Shown here piece by piece: positions 9,838 to 19,425 of a stretch of DNA of 64,000 nucleotides. Origin of the DNA: Acaryochloridaceae cyanobacterium VAR_48_metabat_390. GTDB taxonomy: Bacteria; Cyanobacteriota; Cyanobacteriia; Thermosynechococcales; Thermosynechococcaceae. Each line of letters begins with the position of its first letter. The first letter of the stretch is position 1. The stretch lies in NCBI GenBank assembly GCA_031422435.1, contig JANPLU010000128.1, positions 1 through 64,000 of the forward strand, read 5' to 3'. The translations under genes were made by a program, and so were the position numbers. The notes beneath the pieces are model-generated. The model was not told where the DNA came from. It did no database searches and saw only the letters and a program-made list of their open reading frames with translations.

Positions 9838-10668
9838 TTATTTAGGCTTCATGGCTGGAGCGGTTGGCTTGGCTCCTGGAGCCACTGGCTTATTGACTGG
9901 AGCAGCACCGCCCCCCGCTGCTTTCTGCTGCTCTAGCGCAAACTGAAGCGCAGACCGATCTGGCACTAAAGTAATTTGCTGAATGCCAGCGCCATTTTCT
10001 TTGAGCAAAGAATCTAAAATTTTGGAAAGAGACGTTACCTCAATTTTGACTGTGCTGCTGAGCTGCGGATCTTTCTGCTTCAGTTGGTCTAACATTCCCT
10101 GAAGATCTTTCTTGTTGAAGTAAAACGGGATAACTTTATTGGCACCCTGCTCAATGGTCAGTAGCCCCTTATCTTTGCCCCCTGTGCTGTAAAACAGCGG
10201 AATATCGTTAAACTGCTTTACGTCTTGACCATTTTGCTTGAGTACCGCAACGGCGTCATCAATCTGCTGTTTAGGCGGCAAAAACTCAAATACCAAAGAT
10301 TCTGCTTTGTCTTTATTTTTGGTTTTGAGGTCATAAGCTTGGCGCATTGAAAGGGCAACCACCTTTGCACTATTTCCCACATCTGGCTTCTGTTTTTTAA
10401 GCACCGTCACCAGCGACTGAGCATCTTGCTGACTCATGAAAAAGGTCGCAATCTGCACCTGCTTGGCTTTATCTTTAGGATTCGGCACAGACGCAAGAAT
10501 GGGAATGCCCTCTTTATTTGTGACCGCAAAAACGGGAATTGCGTCTAGGCGCTTCAGTGCATCGGCTTCGGACAGCGCAACGGCAGGTGCAGGCTGAACC
10601 AGCGTTTGCCCCAGTACAGTTCCCCCTAACAGGCTTAGCGTTAAGCCCAATCGAATCAGTGATTTCAT
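9838..10668 (-). CDS. Tic22 family periplasmic chaperone
   Basis: Signal peptide, L..IPVFAVTN..G.P, FFMSQQDA, IPFYF.K.DL. Confidence 0.85.
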   Translation of the reverse strand: MKSLIRLGLTLSLLGGTVLGQTLVQPAPAVALSEADALKRLDAIPVFAVTNKEGIPILASVPNPKDKAKQVQIATFFMSQQDAQSLVTVLKKQKPDVGNSAKVVALSMRQAYDLKTKNKDKAESLVFEFLPPKQQIDDAVAVLKQNGQDVKQFNDIPLFYSTGGKDKGLLTIEQGANKVIPFYFNKKDLQGMLDQLKQKDPQLSSTVKIEVTSLSKILDSLLKENGAGIQQITLVPDRSALQFALEQQKAAGGGAAPVNKPVAPGAKPTAPAMKPK

Positions 10669-10917
10669 AAAATTATTTCTCTTAACTTTTAAACAAAAAG
10701 TGCTTTACGGTGGCGCTGTTCAGTGACAGTTCTCTGGGACAGGCTCTAAGTCACTGAAAGCTTACCCTATTCTGAAGAAAGTCAACCAGTTTTTTAGGCA
10801 AGGTACATTCTTACCGTCGAAGCACTGTTTTATCATGCGTTTAGCGTCAAAATTGACGCGGCTGACTCAGTAACTTTTCCCTAGATGTTGGACGGTTGCC
10901 CTCCGTAAAGGTTCCGT

Positions 10918-11964
10918 TTAGGCGGTGTAGGCAGAACCTAAGCCTAGCTCTCGAAGTCCCTTGCGGTAGGCGATCGAGGTAATATCTGCCCCAATGTGCG
11001 CCTCAGCCGCAATCTCTAGGGGCAAATCTTCGGGGTATTGCGCTTCTACTACTTCTTTATCTTCGGCAAACACCTGGTAGTTAAATTCATAGACTGGCTC
11101 TAAGGGCATGTCTTTGTCGAAGTTTCGGCAGATGGGGCAAAATACGCGGGTTTTGCGCGCTGAAATGGGCGAGGCGGCATTGAGAACGCACAGCCGTTGA
11201 CCTTCTTCGGGAAAGTGGACGGTGAGTTTTGCGGTAAATGGAAAAAATACGTCAAACACGCGCAGCCACTGGAAATCTTGAGGCGCTCTGTGCTGCATGG
11301 CCTTGGGAAAATTGCTGACGGTGCTGAGGTATTCGGCACGGATGCCGTTCTCGGTATTGTAGACTTCATAGCGGGGGACGACGGGGTTATTGCGATCGCC
11401 AAAGGTATCAGTATGCACCCAGGCAAAGTGCCCCACATCAAGAAATCCTTCTACTTGACGACCAGCGGCAGCATTGAGGTTTACAGCCTCGGGCAAAATT
11501 TTCTGATAGTCTGGGTCGTCCCACTCATTGCAGTCGGGAAGGTTGAACGGCTCACCACCGCCCAGGGAAGTCCAGATCAGACCGTAGGCTTCTTTAACGA
11601 GATAGGTTTTAAGACAAAGCTTTTTAGGAATAGCGGTGCCAGGGTTAGCAGGTACTAGGGTACACTGCCCCTCTGAAGAATAGTGAAAGCCGTGGTACTT
11701 GCACACCAACTGGTCGCCCGCAACGTGACCCATGCTGAGCGGAACGCCGCGATGTAGGCAGATATCGTTGGCAATAGAGAGTCCGGTGGGGGTTCGCCAA
11801 ATTACGAGGCGCTGATCGAGTAGCGTGGTTGCATGGGGCTGATCTGTCACCTCATGGCTAAAGGCAACGGGATACCAAAAGAGATGCAGTGCGCTCCAGT
11901 CAGAAGCTGTAAAGGTACAGCCTCTGGGATAGGTGATTTGATGAGCCATAGGGCAAGACTCCAA
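10918..11964 (-). CDS. Rieske non-heme iron oxygenase (VanA-like) alpha subunit
   Basis: CLHRG...CKYHG Rieske motif; EGFLDVGHFAWVH mononuclear Fe site; VFAED. Confidence 0.88.
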   Translation of the reverse strand: MESCPMAHQITYPRGCTFTASDWSALHLFWYPVAFSHEVTDQPHATTLLDQRLVIWRTPTGLSIANDICLHRGVPLSMGHVAGDQLVCKYHGFHYSSEGQCTLVPANPGTAIPKKLCLKTYLVKEAYGLIWTSLGGGEPFNLPDCNEWDDPDYQKILPEAVNLNAAAGRQVEGFLDVGHFAWVHTDTFGDRNNPVVPRYEVYNTENGIRAEYLSTVSNFPKAMQHRAPQDFQWLRVFDVFFPFTAKLTVHFPEEGQRLCVLNAASPISARKTRVFCPICRNFDKDMPLEPVYEFNYQVFAEDKEVVEAQYPEDLPLEIAAEAHIGADITSIAYRKGLRELGLGSAYTA

Positions 11965-12067
11965 TCTTTAGGCAGTGTAGGATTTACATGCTACTCGTAT
12001 ACTGCATACTGATTTACCAAAAAACCGTAGTTTGGGTCACAAAAACTGGAGTTTGAGTTTAAATCGC

Positions 12068-12967
12068 CTACGCTAAGTCGCGGTAAGCGCTGGGAACTAG
12101 CGTTATGAGGTGTTCTAGGTTTTGGCGCATGGTGATGCAGATGGCATCTAGGGGCAGATCGTTGTGGTCGTGCCCAAAGGGGTTTTCAATTTCAACACCA
12201 ATTTCTTCAATACCAAATAGGGTAAAGGCAATTAAGGCCACAATGGGAGCCGTCCAATACCCCACTTCGCCCACGAGTTGGAGTGGCAAGAGCAGACAGT
12301 AAATAAGCAAAAGCTGCTTGAGATGAATGGCGTAGGCCAGGGGGATAGGCGTTTTAAGAATCCGCTCACAGACGCCGAGGCTATCAACTAATTTGTCGAG
12401 CAGTTCGTTGAGGGTGGTGATTTGGTATAGATCGACGCGCTTAAACTGATACTGCTGCTGAAGGTAGTCCTCAATCCAAAAGGCGATTTTGAGGGGCGCG
12501 TTGGGGGCTTCTTGGAGGGCTGCAACCTGATGATCGCCCAGTAGCTCTAGCACTTCTGCGGTTAATGGCTCTTGGCGAAGGTGCTGTTTGGTGGCAACCG
12601 CAAAGGCCAAAATGAGATGCAGCACCTCTTTTTTATGGGTGCGATCGCCCAATTCCTTTTCTTCTACAAAAACCCAGATCCGGCGGGTCAGGTTGCGAAC
12701 GGTATTGACCAGCACTCCCCAAGCTTTGCGACCTTCCCAGAAGCGATCGTAGGCTGTGTTGGTACGAAAGACTAGGAGTAAGCCCAGCACAATACTGGGG
12801 ACAACATTGCCCAAAATTGGCCACGCTTGAATCCAGCCTTGCCCATACAAAAAGGAAACAAACAGGCCAAAGCCGCCACAAAAAAATGCCTTCGGCAATA
12901 CAGCCGGAATGACGGAGCCTTTTATCTTAAGCGTAAGCTTTACCCAGCCTAGGTTAGCGGTGCCCAT
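12068..12967 (-). CDS. Bestrophin family channel (YneE-like)
   Basis: LLVFRTNTAYDRFWEGRK.WG, CERILKTPIP.AY, EIENPFG.D.NDLPL. Confidence 0.92.
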   Translation of the reverse strand: MGTANLGWVKLTLKIKGSVIPAVLPKAFFCGGFGLFVSFLYGQGWIQAWPILGNVVPSIVLGLLLVFRTNTAYDRFWEGRKAWGVLVNTVRNLTRRIWVFVEEKELGDRTHKKEVLHLILAFAVATKQHLRQEPLTAEVLELLGDHQVAALQEAPNAPLKIAFWIEDYLQQQYQFKRVDLYQITTLNELLDKLVDSLGVCERILKTPIPLAYAIHLKQLLLIYCLLLPLQLVGEVGYWTAPIVALIAFTLFGIEEIGVEIENPFGHDHNDLPLDAICITMRQNLEHLITLVPSAYRDLA

Positions 12968-12988
12968 AATACTTAGAATATGAGCCGC

Positions 12989-13528
12989 TTAATCCACGCG
13001 GAAGGAGGTTTCTACCTTTTTATACAAACTTGCAACTTTGTCCCATCGCTGCTCGGGTGCCGAAATATTGAGGGTATAAAGCTTGCCTCGGCTGACGGCA
13101 ACGCTAGCGAGGTGATGCCGTTCGCGATCGCCAATTTTAATCAGATACTCTAAGTCGTAGTAGACCTTATCTGCCGTCTCACGCTCTGCCGCAGAGAGTA
13201 GTTCTGCCTGGCGATTGGAGCCTTCTGGTGCTAGTATCTTTTGGGCGAGCTGTAGCCCTACCGTAGACGCATCCCCCAAGTCTGAGAGCTTGCGGTTGCC
13301 TGTGAGGGCACTTAGCACCACGCTCACATTGTCGGTTTCTTCAATAAGGTCACGGAACACCACATCTGGCCCATTATTACCACTCACCTGAAGCCAGCCA
13401 TTAGGATAGAGGAATTTATAGCCGTCCATTGCGTCCACATAGGCATTAAAGCCACCGCCAAGGCTAGCACAGCTCTGAAGCGCCAAACTTAAGACCAGCA
13501 CTGCAACAACGGCAATTCGTTTTAACAT
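12989..13528 (-). CDS. psbP: CyanoP / PsbP-like lipoprotein
   Basis: Lipobox LQSC, DGY.FLYPNGW, GPDVVFRDLIE, V.RGKLYT. Confidence 0.9.
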   Translation of the reverse strand: MLKRIAVVAVLVLSLALQSCASLGGGFNAYVDAMDGYKFLYPNGWLQVSGNNGPDVVFRDLIEETDNVSVVLSALTGNRKLSDLGDASTVGLQLAQKILAPEGSNRQAELLSAAERETADKVYYDLEYLIKIGDRERHHLASVAVSRGKLYTLNISAPEQRWDKVASLYKKVETSFRVD

Positions 13529-13669
13529 TTCTCTATCCTTAACCCGTATGTTTTGCACGCCCCGAGAGTACGGCATAGCTCAGTGTTGCCTACCCTCTTC
13601 TGACGTACCCATTGTAGTGGCTGAGCTGCCATGATAGATAGAGTGAATGCTACAGCAGAAACAAGTGAG

Positions 13670-14452
13670 ATGGCGCAATATCTACAGGTTTTGAGACTGT
13701 TTTGGTCTACGGCGATCGCCGCTGAAATGGAGTACCGCGCCAATTTTTTGATCTCGGCCCTCAGCAGCGTTGGAAACCTGGCAGGCAGCCTGTTTGGGCT
13801 GTCTTTGTTTTATCGCAATGGCTACACTTTTTCAGGCTGGTCGTGGCAAGAAGCGCTGATTGTATTGGGCATTTTTACGCTCTTGCAGGGGCTATCGGCT
13901 TCATTTCTAGTGCCCAATCTCAACCGCATTGTGAAGCACGTTCAAGAAGGCACCCTAGACTTTGTGCTGCTAAAGCCTATCAGTAGCCAGTTTTGGCTTT
14001 CGACCTACACTTTTTCGCCTTGGGGCTTACCGGACGTGCTGTTTGGGCTAGGGGTGATTGGCTATGCCGGCATGCAGCTCAATCTAAGGGCAGCAGACTA
14101 TGCCTGGAGCTTAATTCCTCTAGGGTTTGGGTTTATTAGCCTCTACAGCCTGTGGTTTATGTTGGGTGCTACCAGCATCTGGTTTGTCAAAATCTACAAC
14201 GTAACGGAAGTGCTGCGGGGGCTAGTCGAAGCGGGGCGCTACCCGATTACGGCGTACCCAGCCAGCTATCGGTTTTTCTTTAGCTTTGTGGTGCCGATTA
14301 CGGTGTTAACGACCGTCCCTGCCCAGGTAATGCTGCGCCGTGCCGAATGGGAATGGGTAGTGGGTTCTGGAATTTTGGCAGTGGTATTGCTGTACAGTAC
14401 TCACCTTTTTTGGCGATTTGCACTGCGGTTTTATACAAGTGCATCCAGTTAA
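13670..14452 (+). CDS. ABC-2 type transporter permease
   Basis: AEMEYR.NF, GTLDFVLLKP, GRYP, ALRFYTSASS; multiple TM helices. Confidence 0.85.
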   Translation: MAQYLQVLRLFWSTAIAAEMEYRANFLISALSSVGNLAGSLFGLSLFYRNGYTFSGWSWQEALIVLGIFTLLQGLSASFLVPNLNRIVKHVQEGTLDFVLLKPISSQFWLSTYTFSPWGLPDVLFGLGVIGYAGMQLNLRAADYAWSLIPLGFGFISLYSLWFMLGATSIWFVKIYNVTEVLRGLVEAGRYPITAYPASYRFFFSFVVPITVLTTVPAQVMLRRAEWEWVVGSGILAVVLLYSTHLFWRFALRFYTSASS

Positions 14453-15123
14453 GCGGGGCTTTCTTCTGCCCTTAATGAGTCTCGAAAAGCCCGTTTTGCT
14501 GAAGTTTCGCCCTGCTGGCGACAATCGCTTAAAAATTGATAGAGTGCGTCTTTTGGTATTTTTGGAAAGGTTGGGCTGCTTACTACTTCTTCATATTTCC
14601 CAGATTGAAGTTGATAAATGGTTAGAGTTTGACCGTTGAAACGCCAAAATTCCGGTACTCCAAGATCTGCATACAGGGCATTTTTACTGAGATTCGTATT
14701 TGTAATATCAACTTCAATCACGAGATCAGGGGGTGGATCACCTGTTAAGTCTACTTTTTTACCGCGAACTATCCCTTCATTGGCGATGTAGTAGCACTGA
14801 TCGGGTTCGGCTCCTACCTTTAGATCAGATCGATTAAGGGTTGTGGATGCCAAACTCTTTAGCTCTAATCCTTTTTCTTCGGTAAGAATATTAATAAACT
14901 TATCAATTAGAATGCTGGAGTTTTCATGTTCTTCGAGGGGAGCCATAAATTCTAGAAGACCTTTGTAATAGCTTAGGCGTGGCGATCGCCGTTCTCCACG
15001 GATGCTCAAGATAGTTTCATAGGCTTCCCAAGTAACATCCCGCAGCAGAACTCTATTTTCTGCAGGAGGGACTTTTGTGAGAGTCTTTTCTATTGATTGT
15101 GCGACGACCATTGATATCACCAA
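14449..15123 (-). CDS. Uma2 family protein
   Basis: EPDQCYYI, PPPDLVIEVDIT, YA.LGVPEFWRF. Confidence 0.9.
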   Translation of the reverse strand: MVISMVVAQSIEKTLTKVPPAENRVLLRDVTWEAYETILSIRGERRSPRLSYYKGLLEFMAPLEEHENSSILIDKFINILTEEKGLELKSLASTTLNRSDLKVGAEPDQCYYIANEGIVRGKKVDLTGDPPPDLVIEVDITNTNLSKNALYADLGVPEFWRFNGQTLTIYQLQSGKYEEVVSSPTFPKIPKDALYQFLSDCRQQGETSAKRAFRDSLRAEESPA

Positions 15124-15159
15124 ACAAAGGCTTTAATAAATTGAAATCCTCCAAAAAAT

Positions 15160-15714
15160 CTAAAGTATGAGCCAGCTAAAAACCTGTTCTACTGTTAAGG
15201 TTAATGGAATATTTTTGAGGATAGGCAGTACGTCACTCCCCTGAAATAACTGTACGTGCTGATTTTCAAACACTGCTAGAATTGCGTTTTCTGTGGGGTC
15301 AATGAGCCAGCCGAGTTCGGTGCCGTGCTGAATACAGTGTAAGAACTTACCTAAAACTTTTATTTGGCTTTGGTTGGGGGAAAGAATTTCGATAGCCCAA
15401 TCAGGGTAGGTTTCAAAACGGTTGATGATACGGCCTGAGGCAGTACGAGGGATTCTGTCCCAGCGGAATACGGCAATATCTGGCACGATGGAACTACCCC
15501 CAAAGGTACAGCACAATTCTGGTAACGCTAAGGCGATTTTCTGCGGTTTAAGAACCTGATTAAGTGTCTCGCAAAAAGCACCTTGAATGAGACTATGTTC
15601 TCCTTGGGGCATGGGTTTTTGACGGGTCACTCCATTGAGGAATTCTGTAGCTGGTTCTGTTTCAGGAGCCTGAAGAAATTTTTCTATGCTTTGAGGCTGG
15701 GTTAGGGTTGTCAT
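15160..15714 (-). CDS. Uma2 family protein
   Basis: QKPMPQGEHS, VPDIAVF, PDWAIEILSP, GWLIDP. Confidence 0.9.
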   Translation of the reverse strand: MTTLTQPQSIEKFLQAPETEPATEFLNGVTRQKPMPQGEHSLIQGAFCETLNQVLKPQKIALALPELCCTFGGSSIVPDIAVFRWDRIPRTASGRIINRFETYPDWAIEILSPNQSQIKVLGKFLHCIQHGTELGWLIDPTENAILAVFENQHVQLFQGSDVLPILKNIPLTLTVEQVFSWLIL

Positions 15715-15854
15715 AACATAAAGCAGTAGGTAAGTAGCTCCTTGCGGAACCGGATCAAAATTAGTCAACCAAAGTGAATACTAATACGTCAACTATTTTC
15801 TCTCGATGTTGTTTTAGAGAGATATAATGCTAATGGTAAGATAAAGGGTGGGAC

Positions 15855-15938
15855 ATGGCTAAAATCTCGATCTCTTTACCCAGTGAATGAGTTCACTTCG
15901 TTGATAGTCATATTGAAAAGTGTAGTGCGCTGATATAG
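15855..15938 (+). pseudogene. Remnant of a ribbon-helix-helix (CopG-like) antitoxin gene
   Basis: Reads MAKISISLPSE*VHFVDSHIEKCSALI*: an RHH-like start with an in-frame TGA; not in the ORF track. Confidence 0.45.
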
Positions 15939-15940
15939 CA

Positions 15941-16315
15941 CTAGAGAATAGGCAATTTGCGGAAACGTACAGAGTTATCTTCTAAAGTAATAGCTGAACC
16001 TTCAATAAGAACTTGCTCTAACTGAGGCAGAACTTCTAATAACCGTAAAGAGATAATCTCAGGTTGTGCAAAGGACAATCGGAGGGTAACTAAACTGGGC
16101 TGGCTATATCCTCCTAAAGCAACTAATGCGGAAAAATCTAAATCTTGGGTTAATATAATTCGATTTTCTGCCCTTGCGAACGATAAAATTTCTTCGTCAG
16201 TTGTAGCTGCGGATAAGACTTCAGTGACACGAATAATGTTATATCCTTTTTGCCTCAGAGCTATCACTGTCACAGGGGAAATATGTACGTCTGCAATAAA
16301 TTGAAGATTACTCAT
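15941..16315 (-). CDS. DUF5615 PIN-like toxin
   Basis: FIADVHIS, DEEIL..A..ENRIILTQDLDF; overlaps the upstream DUF433 gene. Confidence 0.85.
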   Translation of the reverse strand: MSNLQFIADVHISPVTVIALRQKGYNIIRVTEVLSAATTDEEILSFARAENRIILTQDLDFSALVALGGYSQPSLVTLRLSFAQPEIISLRLLEVLPQLEQVLIEGSAITLEDNSVRFRKLPIL

Positions 16316-16542
16316 GCAGATTGCAAATTAATGAGTTGACTTGAAGCTGTCCATGCAGCATAGGTAAGCGCTTGCTGTATATCTTCGGTTTCTAATTCTG
16401 GATATGATTCTAAAATTTCCTGAATAGATAAATTACTTGCTAATAGCTTTAAAACGAAACTCACGGTAATTCGCATTCCGCGAATGGTAGGTTGCCCTAG
16501 ACAAATGTTTGGATTGATGGCGATACGGTTTAGCTCTGTCAT
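16312..16542 (-). CDS. DUF433 family antitoxin
   Basis: RI.INP.IC.G.PTIRGMRI.V, EILESYPELE.EDI..AL.YAA. Confidence 0.88.
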   Translation of the reverse strand: MTELNRIAINPNICLGQPTIRGMRITVSFVLKLLASNLSIQEILESYPELETEDIQQALTYAAWTASSQLINLQSA

Positions 16543-16556
16543 AACGGGACTCTCAA

Positions 16557-16677
16557 CTTAGGAATAAAAATAAAATAACATCCAGGTTTTGTAGGGGCGG
16601 GTTTTGCCGATAAATTTAGGATTTTCTAATGCAGTACCACCTAAACCCGCCCTTAAGTACATAAGAACTATCTATAG
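16557..16677 (+). repeat. Dispersed MITE/REPIN-like element, family 1, copy B
   Basis: cttaggaataaaaataaaataacatccaggttttgtaggggcggg...aaacccgcccttaagtacataagaactatcta. Confidence 0.8.
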
Positions 16678-16684
16678 GCACGGG

Positions 16685-17062
16685 TTAGGCTAAAGTTTTT
16701 ATGGAGTCGTAATTTTGGATTAAGATTTCGGCAGGAATTCCGAGTTCTTGATTTAGTTTCCGAATCATTTCTAATGTTAATGAGCGCTTTCGAGACAAAA
16801 CTTCTGACACTCTTGCTCGACTGCCAAGGCAAGGCTCTAAGTCTCGACGAGATAGGCCACGAGTATCCATATAGTAGAGAATCGCTTCAATGGGGTCGGG
16901 TGCTTCAATAGGATAATGAACTTTTTCATAGGATTCCACTAATGTGCTGAGTAGGTCTAACCGATCATATTCAGGCGTATTGGGAAGAGCATCAAATAGT
17001 GTTTCAACTTCTTTTAATGCTGCTTGATAATCAGATTCAGTTCTAATAGGATTAATTTCCAT
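16685..17062 (-). CDS. higA: HigA-type HTH antitoxin
   Basis: PIRTE.DY..AL, PDPIEAI...M, DL...GSR.RVSEVL..KR.LTL.MIR.L. Confidence 0.88.
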   Translation of the reverse strand: MEINPIRTESDYQAALKEVETLFDALPNTPEYDRLDLLSTLVESYEKVHYPIEAPDPIEAILYYMDTRGLSRRDLEPCLGSRARVSEVLSRKRSLTLEMIRKLNQELGIPAEILIQNYDSIKTLA

Positions 17063-17076
17063 ACTTGTACCTCTTG

Positions 17077-17360
17077 TTAAACTGTTTCTGCGTCTACTTT
17101 GAATGAGTTCCAATAAATCGAATAAAAATAATGCCAATGTCGTAGCGAATTGAAACAATTAGGCAATATGTATTGCCTTTAATATTAAATACAACACGAT
17201 CATTTGTAATGATGCTGACATTACGACGAGATCTTTTGACATCAATTGGGCTTTGCCAATTAGCATTAGATGCCTCGGCATACCAAGTTTTCAGTGCTTC
17301 TTCAGCATCTGAGTGAGTTTCCCAGAAATTTCGGAGTGTGCTTCGAGACAGGATACGCAT
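17077..17360 (-). pseudogene. higB: HigB-type toxin with C-terminal frameshift
   Basis: MRILSRSTL..FW..H, RVVFNIKGN, FIRFIGTH then premature TAG at 17094; the tail KVDAETV* lies in another frame ending at 17077. Confidence 0.75.
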
Positions 17361-17372
17361 ATATCTATAGTA

Positions 17373-17397
17373 TCTTGATCCCATTTTGGGATCAAGA
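17373..17397. promoter_or_regulatory. Palindromic operator upstream of higBA
   Basis: Perfect 11-bp inverted repeat tcttgatccca-ttt-tgggatcaaga just upstream of the toxin start. Confidence 0.6.
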
Positions 17398-17406
17398 CTT
17401 AATCAC

Positions 17407-17452
17407 AAAAATAAGGGGTCTGCAAGATATATCTTGCAGACCCCTTTATTTT
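17407..17452 (-). terminator. Intrinsic terminator of the porin gene
   Basis: aaaaataaggggtctgcaagata/tatcttgcagacccctttatttt long hairpin with A/T tails. Confidence 0.8.
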
Positions 17453-17474
17453 GAATTTAACTAAGCGCTAAAGC

Positions 17475-19043
17475 TTAGAACGAGAAGGTTGCGCGAAGCA
17501 CACCTTGAACAACAGTATCAGTGTTGAGGTTTCCAACATCAGTGATGACCATCACGGCAGGTGTAATAGTGATATTATCATTGATTGGGAAGCGATAGAA
17601 AGCCTCAAAATTGGTTTGCTCAGGATTTAGATCGTTTTGCTGAACAAATGGCTGACCCGCAGCAACTGCTAACAAAGAGCCAGGGACAAACAGATCCTTA
17701 ACACCAACTCCTCCCATCCAAGATAGATAGTAGTCGGAATTGAAAGTTCTCCCAATGCCAGGGACAGCAGCGTCATCTGGATTAATCGAGTAGCCAAAAC
17801 GTCCAAAGACACCAATACGTCCAAAGGTAGCTTCAGTATTAACACCTACTACATTCTGATGAAGGTCAAAGGTAGAAGAACGGGTATATTGCAAACGAAC
17901 TGCAAAATTGTTCTTGCTGTCTTTTCCAAATGCCTTTGCATACTCAAGCTCGGCTGTTGCTTGATAGGGGTCACCAAACAGTCCACCACCAAAAGGATTA
18001 CCAGCAGCAGTAGAGTTAGTTGGGCTAGCTGCAACGTAGACTGCACGAGCAGTGATGCCGCTAGTACCAAATTTATAGTCAACCGCTGCACCCGCACCGC
18101 CAGGAGCATCAACGCCATTGGTAATAATCAGCGGGTTGTTAATGAAGAAGCCAGAGCTAAAGTCTTGGGCAGAGTTATTAGCGTAACTATTGAAATCAAC
18201 AAAATCGCTAGGGAAGATTCTAGGACCAACCGTTACGGTTAGACCTTTCATTGGCTTGAAAGAGTAGGCCAAGCGACGAAGCGTTACGTTTGTCCCAACT
18301 CCAGCGTAGTCAATGGCACCACCATCAACAAGTGGTAGAGGCAGTGGCGTATATTTATCTGGGTCAAATCCTGGTTCATCATTGGTAAAGTTACCAAATA
18401 GGTCTTGACCAGCATTGCCAACTTCAAGTTGAGTTTGCAGCAAATCACTGCCTGTAAAACTCGTATTGAAGTTTAACCGAACACGAGCGAGTGCAGTTGC
18501 ACGGCTATCAACTCTAGCTGGCACCCCACGATTTCCGGTAATGTCTCCGTACTGAACACCCATAACCACCTCACCCTGCAGCTTAGTGGTGGTGGAGAAT
18601 TGCTGAGCTTCAAGGGTTTTGGTGCGGGCTTCTAAGCCATCCACACGACCCTTGAGGGTAGCAAGTTCGGTTTTGAATTCTTCTTGAAGTGCCTTGACCG
18701 TAGCAAGGTCTTCTTTGCTAGCAAATCTATCGCTGATTTGGTCTAAGCAAGCGTTGAGTGCAGCAGCCAGCTCATAACGTGTAGCGGCGCGGTTGCCTCG
18801 GAAAGTACCGTCGGGATAACCGGCAATACAGCCATAACGTTCGACAAGGGACTGTAGCGCTTGAAATGCCCAGTCGGTAGGCTGAACGTCAGACAGTTGA
18901 GAAACAGATGTGACTTGACCGATGCTTTGCTGCTTTGCAGCATTCATCACGCTGTCAACGGAATTGACTTGCTCTGCAGAAGCAGTTTGTGCTGCAAGTA
19001 CAACTAAACCTAGACTTCCTGCTAGTAAAAATGCTCGTTTCAT
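17475..19043 (-). CDS. SLH-domain / OprB-type cyanobacterial outer membrane porin
   Basis: QVTSVSQLSDVQPTDWAFQALQSLVERYGCIAGYP, QFSTTTKL.GE, C-terminal LRATFSF. Confidence 0.93.
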   Translation of the reverse strand: MKRAFLLAGSLGLVVLAAQTASAEQVNSVDSVMNAAKQQSIGQVTSVSQLSDVQPTDWAFQALQSLVERYGCIAGYPDGTFRGNRAATRYELAAALNACLDQISDRFASKEDLATVKALQEEFKTELATLKGRVDGLEARTKTLEAQQFSTTTKLQGEVVMGVQYGDITGNRGVPARVDSRATALARVRLNFNTSFTGSDLLQTQLEVGNAGQDLFGNFTNDEPGFDPDKYTPLPLPLVDGGAIDYAGVGTNVTLRRLAYSFKPMKGLTVTVGPRIFPSDFVDFNSYANNSAQDFSSGFFINNPLIITNGVDAPGGAGAAVDYKFGTSGITARAVYVAASPTNSTAAGNPFGGGLFGDPYQATAELEYAKAFGKDSKNNFAVRLQYTRSSTFDLHQNVVGVNTEATFGRIGVFGRFGYSINPDDAAVPGIGRTFNSDYYLSWMGGVGVKDLFVPGSLLAVAAGQPFVQQNDLNPEQTNFEAFYRFPINDNITITPAVMVITDVGNLNTDTVVQGVLRATFSF

Positions 19044-19077
19044 AATTGACTCCTCTCACTCCAATTTCATTCAGTTA

Positions 19078-19096
19078 ATGGAGAACCATTTTGAAT
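19078..19096. promoter_or_regulatory. Possible Fur-like box upstream of the porin
   Basis: ATGGAGAACCATTTTGAAT resembles the ATTGAnAATnATTnTCAAT palindrome with 3 mismatches. Confidence 0.3.
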
Positions 19097-19425
19097 GCAC
19101 ACACAAAGTATAGATCAAAAACTGAATCTATTTCCTTTTGTTCTTTATATCATTTCGAAGAGAGAGGATGACGTTAGTTTGTGGAGATCTGCTGACTGTC
19201 ACATTTGGGGTTGAACAACTCGAAGTGTCTTCAACACGCTGCATGGCTTCTCTTGCCAAGGATAGGGCTAATTATTGTGAGGAGAGAAAAACGCGCTGTC
19301 AGGTCATGAGCTAAAAAACGCTGTCCTGTGGCAATCAAATGACGATCCGGTCACGGGTTTAGTGGCACTCAACAAAACAATCTAAAGGAAGATATTCCTT
19401 AAACCCTACAAAATGATGATCGCAT

